Shown: positions 8,296 through 15,950 of the stretch, piece after piece | Numbering within the stretch: the stretch's first letter is position 1 | Layout: each line of letters starts with the position of its first letter | From: Candidatus Hadarchaeales archaeon | GTDB lineage: Archaea; Hadarchaeota; Hadarchaeia; Hadarchaeales; Hadarchaeaceae | Reading direction: 5' to 3' | Assembly: GCA_038823825.1 (NCBI GenBank) | Contig: JAWBCC010000001.1 | Coordinates: 210,001 to 242,000 of the forward strand | Length of the DNA: 32,000 nt | Position numbers and translations under genes: made by a program | The notes under the pieces: generated by a model | Database searches by the model: none | The model's input: only the letters and a program-made list of their open reading frames with translations | Told to the model about the DNA's origin: nothing

Positions 8296-9537
8296 ATGAA
8301 GCCTCACATAAACCTAGTTTTCATAGGTCACGTAGATCACGGAAAATCTACTCTTATAGGTAGAATGCTTGTCGAAACCGGCGTGATTTCTGAGAAGGAA
8401 CTTCAGGAAGAGGCTGGCAGCTTCAAGTTTGCTTGGATAATGGATAGAGAAAAAGAAGAGAGAGAACGCGGCGTGACGATAGACGTGGCTTATCAGAAGT
8501 TTGAAACGTCGAAAAATATAATAACGATAATCGATGCTCCTGGGCACAGAGACTTCATAAAAAACATGATCACAGGGGCAAGTCAGGCTGATGCTGCGGT
8601 TCTTGTGGTCGCTGCCGATGATGGTATTATGCCGCAGACGAAGGAGCATGCCGTGCTGGCTTTCACTCTCGGGGTTGATCAACTCATCATCGCCATAAAC
8701 AAGATGGATTTGGTGAATTTCGATCAGAACGTTTATGAGAAGCTGAAGAGGGACTTGCAGACTCTCCTTTCCAGCATCGGATATAAGCGGGCGGAGGAGT
8801 TTCCCTACATACCGATATCCGCTTTTCACGGGGAAGGAATAACCAAGCATAGCCCACGCATGCCTTGGTATAAAGGCCCAACCTTTGTGGAGGCTCTTGA
8901 GGCTCTTAAGGAACCGCCGAAGCCGGTCGACAAACCCCTCAGGATTCCGATCCAAGATGTCTATTCCATCACGGGTGTCGGGACAGTTCCGATTGGGAGG
9001 GTTGAGACAGGTGTGCTCAAAGTTGGTGATATGGTTGTTTTTGAGCCACCAGGTGTGAAGGGTGAGGTTAGATCGATAGAAATTCATCACCAACCTGTGC
9101 AGCGGGCGCTCCCTGGGGATAACATAGGTTTCAATGTGAGAGGGGTTTCGAAGGAGCAGATTAAAAGAGGAGATGTGGCGGGACATCCTGATAACCCACC
9201 GACTGTGGCTTCCGCGTTTACTGGAAAGGTTGTTGTTCTTTTTTCTCCGCCCGAGATCGCTCCCGGTTTCACACCCACTTTTCACTGTCATGCTGCGCAC
9301 GCGCCCGGGCGGGTTGTTCAGATTTTGCAGAAGATAGACCCGAGGAGTGGTTCGGTTTTGGAGGAGACTCCCAGAGCTCTGCGCAAAGGGGAGGCAGGAA
9401 TAATTCAGGTCCAGCTACTCAAGCCAATCGTTATCGAGAGGGCTTCCGACATTCCGCACATGAGCAGGTTCGCTATAAGACATGGGGGTCAGACATTAGC
9501 CGCTGGGATATGTATTGATCTCGTGCGTGCGAAATGA
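8296..9537 (+). CDS. tuf: Translation elongation factor EF-1alpha (aEF1A) family GTPase, compact 413-aa form
   Basis: It has G1 GHVDHGKST, G2/effector RERGVTID, G3 DAPGHRDF.KNMITGASQAD, G4 NKMD, and domain II/III blocks KPLRIPIQDVYSI.GVGTVP.GRVETG, GDNIGFNVRG, RFAIRHGGQTLAAG. The VVAADDGIMPQTKEH segment is of the short type, as I recall for methanococcal EF-1alpha. Confidence 0.9.
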   Translation: MKPHINLVFIGHVDHGKSTLIGRMLVETGVISEKELQEEAGSFKFAWIMDREKEERERGVTIDVAYQKFETSKNIITIIDAPGHRDFIKNMITGASQADAAVLVVAADDGIMPQTKEHAVLAFTLGVDQLIIAINKMDLVNFDQNVYEKLKRDLQTLLSSIGYKRAEEFPYIPISAFHGEGITKHSPRMPWYKGPTFVEALEALKEPPKPVDKPLRIPIQDVYSITGVGTVPIGRVETGVLKVGDMVVFEPPGVKGEVRSIEIHHQPVQRALPGDNIGFNVRGVSKEQIKRGDVAGHPDNPPTVASAFTGKVVVLFSPPEIAPGFTPTFHCHAAHAPGRVVQILQKIDPRSGSVLEETPRALRKGEAGIIQVQLLKPIVIERASDIPHMSRFAIRHGGQTLAAGICIDLVRAK

Positions 9538-9581
9538 ACTGGAGAAAATTTTATGAGTTTGTGTGGTTAGATAATTTCCGG

Positions 9582-9658
9582 GCGGCAGTAGTCTAGCTTG
9601 GTTAGGACACGAGCCTGCCACGCTCGTGACGCGGGTTCAAATCCCGCCTGCCGCACCA
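9582..9658 (+). tRNA. tRNA-Gly (GCC), CCA encoded
   Basis: The hand fold is GCGGCAG-TA-GTCT-AGCTTGGTTA-GGAC-A-CGAGC-CTGCCAC-GCTCG-TGAC-GCGGG-TTCAAAT-CCCGC-CTGCCGC-A-CCA. Confidence 0.95.
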
Positions 9659-9668
9659 GAAGTTAAAT

Positions 9669-12600
9669 TCACTTTTTGTTGGGTGAAATCCAACACCAGC
9701 AAATCCTCTTAAGTTTGATTTCCTCCTCTTCTGGTGTTAAAGTTCTCTTTTCCTTTAAGAGAGGAGGTATCACCTTCTTTGCTTCCTCCAGTAACCTTTC
9801 CTCCTTCATGGCTCTGTAGAGCTGGTTCACCACCGTTGTCCTATCGCAAACTTCCCTAAAACCTGCGGCCAGTTCTTCTCCCTCATCACCTAAGGCGCTG
9901 AGCTTCTCAAAGATTTCTCTAACCCTCCGACCGCCTAGAGGACCTTGAGTTCGTTGACGAACTTTTTTCCTTTCCAATTCCTTGATGAGTTCCAGTTTGA
10001 CCAGTTTTAAACGTTCCACTAACTTTTCATAATCTATTCTCTCTCCCTTTCCGTTTCCAGGTCTTCTCAAAATCTCTATGACCTTAATGGGTGAAGTTTC
10101 GGTTTGAGGTTTATCGAAATACCTTAACCTCCAGTAAATCTCCTTTCCGTCGGTAAATGCTACGAAAAGGGCTTCCCTCTCCCCCCTCATGAAGGAACCT
10201 ATGCCGCAAGGCAGTTTCTCCAGCCACTCTTTTCCTTTTTCCCTTAGGATTTCCGCTAGAACGTCAGCAGGATCGTTGGTGAACTGCTCCATCTGGGTTT
10301 CGAGGAACCTGAGTGCTTCATGGTCTTCTTTGGAGAGGGCCCTAATCAGCGTAAAGTCCTTGGGGATTGGTTGCTCTCCCAAAACCGAAGCATCAAGCCC
10401 TACGGTACTCCGGATGGCTTCTAACCTCAGATACAACCTTTCCGTCAGACGGAGGAAGCGCTGTAGAGTGTCTTCTTCCGGGAATAGGTTGGTTAAATAC
10501 ACAACAGGATAAGGAGAACCTATCCTGTCCACCCTTCCTGCCCTTTGGATGAGAACCACTGGGTTCCAAGGGAAATCGTAGTTGATCACGTATTGGGCGT
10601 TTTGTAGGTTTTGGCCGGTGCTGAGAACATCGGTGCTGATCATCAGTCCTCCTCTTTTCTTGAATTCTTCGACTCCTTCAGCCTCCCCCATCCTTTTTCC
10701 TTGAGGCCCTATGGCTCCTTCTCCTGTTACTAGGAAGGGGGAGAGGTGTTTGAATCTCTCGTATAAATACCGAGCGGTGTCGGCGTATTGCGTGAAAATG
10801 ATGATGCCGTTATTTCCGGTCAGGTTACGTGAGGTTTCTTCTACCCAAGCTTTAACCTCCTCGAGCTTGGTATCTCTCTCTGGAAGCAGCTTGAGGAGTT
10901 CTTGGATTTTTTCTTTATCTTTCTCATACCCTTGCTGGAACTCTTCGATTTCCGCAGGGGTGAGCCTACATTTCTCCACAAGCTCCGGGAGTTTGAAGAC
11001 TTCCTCAGGTTCCGGAAGCTCTCCTCCTTCTTCTTCTCCAACCAGCGAAAGTACTTCTCCCCTTACTCGCGGGGGAAGGAAGATTCCCTTCTCCTTCGCG
11101 TACTTGACCGCGTTCTCCAAATAATTCTCCATCTTCTCCAAGGACTTTCGGAAGGCCTCCAAGCTGCTCTCGAGCCTCTTCAGTAGGTTTATTCTTACTA
11201 CCGTCTTCACCAGCTCCTTGAGTTTTTCCAGCTTCTCGGAGGCCACAGCTTTCGAGATGATGCTTCCGTCAGGAAGTCTCAGTTCTCCGCTCAGCTTCTC
11301 GACGGAAAAATCGTAGCACTTGAAATCCATGGATTCTAGAATCTCCATTACCTTCTCGGGGTCGAAGGGCAAAGAGTAGTGGATGCTGAGGAGCTTCCTT
11401 TCTGGGAACTTTACCTCCTTTGAAAGTTCTTTGGCGAAATCTCTTGAGATTCTCACCACGAACCTTCGGAGAACCTCGTCCATGTCCACAGGTTTTCCTT
11501 CTAGCCACTCCTTTTGTCTGGCGGTAAAGTATCCTCTCAGGGATCCTCCTTCCAAGGCTGTATCGGGCAAATAAAGACTTAGGAGGGAGTAAAGGTCCAT
11601 CAAGCTCGTGTTGACGGGAGTAGCAGTAAGCAGAACCACATCGGCTCGATTCTTGTTGATTAACTCCGCCAAAGCCCGATAGCGGTTGGTAGACGGATGC
11701 CTGAATTGATGCGCCTCATCCACTATGATTAGACCAAGGGGATTCTCCGGGTCCGAGAATTTTTCAACTGTTCCCTCAGGGTCGCTGGACAGCCTCTCGG
11801 AGTTGATGCTTTCCAGCTGGATGTTCATCTTCCTCATCTCCTCCTTCCAAGTGGTCTCCAGCACACTCTTGGGGGCTATGAGAAGAGTGCGGTCAGGCAT
11901 GGCATCGTGGGCCAACACCAGACCTACCCTAGTTTTGCCCAACCCCGTAGAGTCCGCGACTAAAACGCCTCCCCATTTTTGAAGCTTCAAGCGGGACTCC
12001 AGCACCGAAAGGCGTTGATGAGGATAAAGTTTCTCAAAAGTTTTCTCCTTTTCTTCTATCTGCTCGAGTCCTTCCTTATAGCTCTCGTAGAGAGCTTTGG
12101 CAAGCACCTCCAAGGGGGTCCAGGTGACGGTATAGTTCTTGAGCATGGAGAGGAACTCCTCCTTGAAATCCTTTGCCATCTCCCAGACTTCTTGGAACCA
12201 GTCGAAGAGCTGTTGAACTGCCATCGGATCCGTGTCTACCATGTTGAGCTCACGGTTCTTGACCAGACCGGCATAGGTGAAGTTGCTAGATCCGACCACG
12301 GCCACTCCGTTGGCTTCTTGTTGGCTGGAAATGCCTAGGTAAGCCTTTCCGTGAAAGAAGGGCATCTCCAAAATTCTCACTTCTACTTCTGGGGACTCAA
12401 AATGGGATATGGCTTCCTGGAGAAGCTTGAAATATTCAGGGTTGTCCTCGTTCTCCTCTAGCTCCTTTAAGATCTCGTCTTCCCACCTCATGCTCTCCGT
12501 GGGCTCCTTTCCCAGCAAGAGTTTGAGAGGTTTTCCAACCAAGGTTTCTTTGATGGCACCCCAGCCCCGGATGTTGAAGTAAGCCGTGGCAATCATAATT

Positions 12601-12677
12601 TCGTTAGCCTTCGCCAGCTCCCTTTTCAGGACTTCCGCCAGAACTTCCCTTCTATTATCCACGATTCTAGCAGTCAA
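9669..12677 (-). CDS. PLD/HKD-nuclease domain fused to an SNF2-family (SF2) helicase/translocase, 1002 aa
   Basis: The N-terminal PLD motif is FH109-G-K111-AYLG...VVGSSN132FT (nt 12282-12353, checked codon by codon). The helicase motifs are I ADSTGLGKT (nt 11931-11945 verified), II IIVDEAHQFR (DEAH at 11709-11720 verified), III LLLTATPVNTS, V STDVLSTGQNLQNAQYVINYDFPWNP and VI QRAGRVDRIGS. The start is TTG at 12677, overlapping the upstream stop (TTGA). Confidence 0.85.
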   Translation of the reverse strand: MTARIVDNRREVLAEVLKRELAKANEIMIATAYFNIRGWGAIKETLVGKPLKLLLGKEPTESMRWEDEILKELEENEDNPEYFKLLQEAISHFESPEVEVRILEMPFFHGKAYLGISSQQEANGVAVVGSSNFTYAGLVKNRELNMVDTDPMAVQQLFDWFQEVWEMAKDFKEEFLSMLKNYTVTWTPLEVLAKALYESYKEGLEQIEEKEKTFEKLYPHQRLSVLESRLKLQKWGGVLVADSTGLGKTRVGLVLAHDAMPDRTLLIAPKSVLETTWKEEMRKMNIQLESINSERLSSDPEGTVEKFSDPENPLGLIIVDEAHQFRHPSTNRYRALAELINKNRADVVLLTATPVNTSLMDLYSLLSLYLPDTALEGGSLRGYFTARQKEWLEGKPVDMDEVLRRFVVRISRDFAKELSKEVKFPERKLLSIHYSLPFDPEKVMEILESMDFKCYDFSVEKLSGELRLPDGSIISKAVASEKLEKLKELVKTVVRINLLKRLESSLEAFRKSLEKMENYLENAVKYAKEKGIFLPPRVRGEVLSLVGEEEGGELPEPEEVFKLPELVEKCRLTPAEIEEFQQGYEKDKEKIQELLKLLPERDTKLEEVKAWVEETSRNLTGNNGIIIFTQYADTARYLYERFKHLSPFLVTGEGAIGPQGKRMGEAEGVEEFKKRGGLMISTDVLSTGQNLQNAQYVINYDFPWNPVVLIQRAGRVDRIGSPYPVVYLTNLFPEEDTLQRFLRLTERLYLRLEAIRSTVGLDASVLGEQPIPKDFTLIRALSKEDHEALRFLETQMEQFTNDPADVLAEILREKGKEWLEKLPCGIGSFMRGEREALFVAFTDGKEIYWRLRYFDKPQTETSPIKVIEILRRPGNGKGERIDYEKLVERLKLVKLELIKELERKKVRQRTQGPLGGRRVREIFEKLSALGDEGEELAAGFREVCDRTTVVNQLYRAMKEERLLEEAKKVIPPLLKEKRTLTPEEEEIKLKRICWCWISPNKK

Positions 12678-15600
12678 GTGGCCAACACCTTCCCTGCTTT
12701 TATTAGCCTATCTTCCACCACTTCGAGGAAGGCCTGGTGAAGCTCGTTGAGAAGGGAATCCAGCTCCAGCTTGGGACGTGTGCCGAAAACTGTTTGGACG
12801 GTGAACCAAGAGGGTGGCTTAGAGACTGGCATACTTAAAAGGCTCTCGATTACCGCCTTATCGAGTTCTTTCCTGTCAGTTTGCTTGATTTCCTCCGCAT
12901 ACTTCAACGGTTTTCTTTCCATCAGCTTGTGTGGGTCGAACTTTATCTTCATGTCACTCAGGTCTGGGACAGTTAACTCCTCGTAGTCCTCCACCATTAT
13001 GTCTGTGGCTGCACCTCCACCTCCAAGCCTCCTGCAGTGTAGCTCCACGGTGAGGTAGAAGAGGGTGGAATTCATGTAAATCCAAACGGTCAAGGGATCA
13101 ATTCCCCTGTTACAATACAAAGCATACAACCTATGGTCACACATCACGGGATTCTTGCTGAAGGGTATGTAGATGAGGTCCCTCCAAGACATGGGAAGGA
13201 GGATGTGGGTGGGCTCGAACTCGGGAAGCTCCCACCATCTTTCCCTCGCCTTGCAGGTGGGACGTTTATGGAATCCCTGCGATTCCCCCCATTTGATGTA
13301 CTTCTTGGTGAAGGGTCCGGGGTCCGAGGTGTAGAGACACAGCGTTTTGACGGAAGGAATCAAGAAGCTCCTTATCTCCTTTGGGCTCCTCACGAGGGGC
13401 TTCGTGTCTTTACGGTCTATTACGAATCTCTCTCCGGCCTCATTTTCTATGTATATCAGCCCCTTTTCCTCCAACTCCTTCCGGTTCTTTGCTGGGATAT
13501 CCCTGAATTTCTGGGGATTCGCGAGCCTGTCGGCTTCATAGAGGTGGCTCACATCCTTCATGTAGAAGAACTCATTTGCTCCCGTTTTAATCCCAAATTT
13601 TATTTCAACGAATTCCTTCAGTTTGTGAGTCAACCTCGGTAAGAAAACTTCCTCGAAAATGCGGGGGGAGCGTAAATAGTACCACTTTCCTGGTTTCAGT
13701 TCTGACCTCCTAAAGGACCTATAGTTTCTAATAGTGTTACCCGTATAGGAGTCCAAGTAGATGAAATCGACACTTTCCTCCCCCGTTTCCCGCTGGAGGA
13801 TGGTTATAACGGTGTTTATGTCAGCCTGAAAGCTCCTCTTCCTTTGCCCGTATACCGCCCTGAGGTGTGGCAGGAGCTCTCGTTGTAAAGTTCTTCCGTA
13901 GCCCGACTCCAACCACTTATCAGAAGAGATGACGGCCACCACCCCGCCCTTTCTGACCAATTGAATGGCTCTTAACATAAAGTAGGCATAGAGATCCGAG
14001 GTCCTGTCCAAACCGTAAATCCCAACATACAAATTCTTCTTTCCCTCCGGTATCTGCTCCTGCCTGACATAGGGCGGGTTCATTACCACGATATCCACCT
14101 TGGAAGGATAGAGGCTTTCGATGGTAAGACCCTCGCGTACCCCCATCTTCTCACTGATTTTCCTCTTCAGTTCGCTCATTTTCTTTCTGAGCAGTTTTTT
14201 CCTTTCCTCTGTGTGCTCTCTGAGATACTCCGCGTTGAGTCTCCTAAATTCATTTATTAATTCCGAAAGCTTTGTCTCCATAAACTCGTCCAGCTTTGGA
14301 CTCTGGGAAGGAGGATATAGGGAATCTTCGATTTCCATGAGGTTCAAGTCTAGGTTTGGAAGAGGCTCAGGTTCCCTCTGGTCTATGACCAAGGAAAGCC
14401 AGAGCCTCAGCTTTGCTATTTCCACTGCCTCAGGCTCTATGTCGAAGCCGCAGAGGTTAGGGAGAATCCTTTTCTTGTATTCCTCTGGGTCCCCTCTCCA
14501 TCCCACAGTAGCCTCGGCTTCGTGGATGAGCTGGATCAGGGTCTGCATCATAATTACCAAAAAACCACCGGACCCTACCGCGGGATCCATTACCCGCAGG
14601 GAGAGGAGCTTTTCTCTGAACTCCCTGACTTTCTTTTCCGATTTTTCTCTCCTAAGTTCATCTAAGAATTCCTCAAGTCCATCCACCAGCTCCAGTCTCC
14701 CATTTCTTTCCACCACTTTATCTTTGAGCCCCAGACAGGCCGCAATGGCTTTCCTGCACATGAACCCTATCTCGTTGGGAGGGGTGTAGAAGGTTCCTTT
14801 CTCTTTTCTTTCCTTTTCCGAAAGGAGGTTCTCAAGCACGGTTCCCAGCAGGAGGGGATCTATGCATACCTCCATCTCCATAGGGGAAGACTCATCCACG
14901 GTGAAATTGTATCTGTTGAAAAACTCCCTAGCCTCCAAAAAGATGGGCTCAAGCTTCTTTTCCGTCTTATCCTCGAGTTCCGGTGTGAAGTATTCTTCTC
15001 GCTCGAAAAGCGATCCATTGAGCAAAGGCATTCCACCTTCTCCTTTGGCGAGTTCCTCGTAACACAGGCGGTTGAAGTCCCGTACATTTTTTATCCTATC
15101 GACGTATTTCCTGTCTCCTTTCAACCATCCCTTCCTTTGAAGGAAGTACAGGAACATGAGTCTGCCCAAGAACCTCTGAGCATAGGAGGATGCTCTTTCC
15201 CCCATACTCGCTTTGAGGACCGAAACCGTTTTCTCGTAGAGTTCACGGTATCCCTCGAAGAACTCATCCCTGACTTTTTCATACGGAAAGAAGCTCGTAT
15301 CATAGGCATCTTTCAGTTTCTCCTTTCCTGGAAACCTGAGAGATTCCAGAACCTCTATGTCGGTGCGATAAAGTCTCTCGTGAAGCCAAAGGATTTTTAC
15401 TTCCCCTCCAGTGCCTTTTCCCGGAACGATCACAGCGTAACTATCTCTCCCGTCCGTGAAGAAGAGGAGGGGCCTGATGAGTCTTTTGCTTTTCCAGTTT
15501 CTCGCCACTTGAGAGCGGACACTCCTCGGAGGAAGTTTGGAGAATTGAAGGATGATCCCCTCCACGTAATCGTCCTTGTAAATCCTCAATACGTCTACAG

Positions 15601-15730
15601 GACTAACGTGGGCAGGAATAACCCCAGCATCCTTCAGTGTTTCTGTGTCCAGCTTCTCTTCTCGAAGCGGATAACCCAGTTTTTGCAGAGTCTCCATCCA
15701 AAAGGACACGTCGAAAGCTCTTGCTTCCAT
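12674..15730 (-). CDS. Gamma-class N6-adenine DNA methyltransferase with C-terminal TaqI-like target-recognition domain (Eco57I/type IIG-like architecture), 1018 aa
   Basis: It has the helical N-domain block RFLGRLMFLYFLQRKGWL, motif X GTFYTPP, motif I VMDPAVGSGGFL (nt 14561-14587) and motif IV VVMNPPY (NPPY at 14069-14080, verified). The TRD block is IKFGIKTGANEFFYM (about nt 13565-13594). A possible PD-(D/E)xK-like motif sits at D93/D96...E110-V-K112. Confidence 0.9.
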   Translation of the reverse strand: MEARAFDVSFWMETLQKLGYPLREEKLDTETLKDAGVIPAHVSPVDVLRIYKDDYVEGIILQFSKLPPRSVRSQVARNWKSKRLIRPLLFFTDGRDSYAVIVPGKGTGGEVKILWLHERLYRTDIEVLESLRFPGKEKLKDAYDTSFFPYEKVRDEFFEGYRELYEKTVSVLKASMGERASSYAQRFLGRLMFLYFLQRKGWLKGDRKYVDRIKNVRDFNRLCYEELAKGEGGMPLLNGSLFEREEYFTPELEDKTEKKLEPIFLEAREFFNRYNFTVDESSPMEMEVCIDPLLLGTVLENLLSEKERKEKGTFYTPPNEIGFMCRKAIAACLGLKDKVVERNGRLELVDGLEEFLDELRREKSEKKVREFREKLLSLRVMDPAVGSGGFLVIMMQTLIQLIHEAEATVGWRGDPEEYKKRILPNLCGFDIEPEAVEIAKLRLWLSLVIDQREPEPLPNLDLNLMEIEDSLYPPSQSPKLDEFMETKLSELINEFRRLNAEYLREHTEERKKLLRKKMSELKRKISEKMGVREGLTIESLYPSKVDIVVMNPPYVRQEQIPEGKKNLYVGIYGLDRTSDLYAYFMLRAIQLVRKGGVVAVISSDKWLESGYGRTLQRELLPHLRAVYGQRKRSFQADINTVITILQRETGEESVDFIYLDSYTGNTIRNYRSFRRSELKPGKWYYLRSPRIFEEVFLPRLTHKLKEFVEIKFGIKTGANEFFYMKDVSHLYEADRLANPQKFRDIPAKNRKELEEKGLIYIENEAGERFVIDRKDTKPLVRSPKEIRSFLIPSVKTLCLYTSDPGPFTKKYIKWGESQGFHKRPTCKARERWWELPEFEPTHILLPMSWRDLIYIPFSKNPVMCDHRLYALYCNRGIDPLTVWIYMNSTLFYLTVELHCRRLGGGGAATDIMVEDYEELTVPDLSDMKIKFDPHKLMERKPLKYAEEIKQTDRKELDKAVIESLLSMPVSKPPSWFTVQTVFGTRPKLELDSLLNELHQAFLEVVEDRLIKAGKVLAT

Positions 15731-15740
15731 TGATATTCAC

Positions 15741-15770
15741 TATTAATTTCCCTTAGTTTAAAAAATTTCT
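15741..15770 (-). promoter_or_regulatory. Candidate TATA elements for the methyltransferase-helicase operon
   Basis: The minus strand reads agaaattttttaaactaagggaaattaatagtgaatatcaATG. The TTTTTTAAAC element lies 27-36 nt upstream of the ATG, which suggests a leaderless or short-leader transcript. Confidence 0.3.
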
Positions 15771-15877
15771 TCGATGTTCCTCTGGCTTTGAGAAAAAACA
15801 GCTGATGCTTTGTGTTTACACTATGAAAAAACTAAAATTCACATCACGCCCAGGGGAAGCACAAATTATGGCATGAA

Positions 15878-15905
15878 GCTTTAAAAAGCAAAGGATTAAA
15901 AGCAT
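15878..15905 (+). promoter_or_regulatory. Candidate TATA element(s) for psmA and the exosome superoperon
   Basis: The sequence gctttaaaaagcaaaggattaaaagc lies about 50-70 nt upstream of ATG 15951. An SD-like aggagagg sits at 15935-15942. Confidence 0.3.
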
Positions 15906-15950
15906 CGTTCTCTTACGATTATTGAGTCGAAGAAAGGAGAGGAATGGAAA

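Noticed and set aside
8314-9300. A 328-aa minus-strand ORF.
   Set aside because: It lies fully inside and antisense to the EF-1alpha gene. It is a long shadow ORF caused by codon bias, and its sequence is R/S/L-rich with no domain pattern.
9681-9706. The sequence gggtgaaatccaacaccagcaaatcc resembles the tRNA-Gly T-loop and 3' end (gggttcaaatcc...caccag), suggesting a possible relic att repeat.
   Set aside because: Only three short blocks match (4, 6 and 6 nt) and a 9-nt gap is needed. The sequence lies inside the helicase coding sequence, and no partner repeat occurs at the other cassette boundary. This is compatible with chance.
10189-15733. Numerous plus-strand ORFs of 60-222 aa within the cassette (for example 14121-14789, 13133-13642, 15137-15733, 10711-11124).
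   Set aside because: All are antisense to the two long, motif-rich minus-strand genes. Their products are S/L/F-rich low-complexity translations of the complement of E/K-rich codons.
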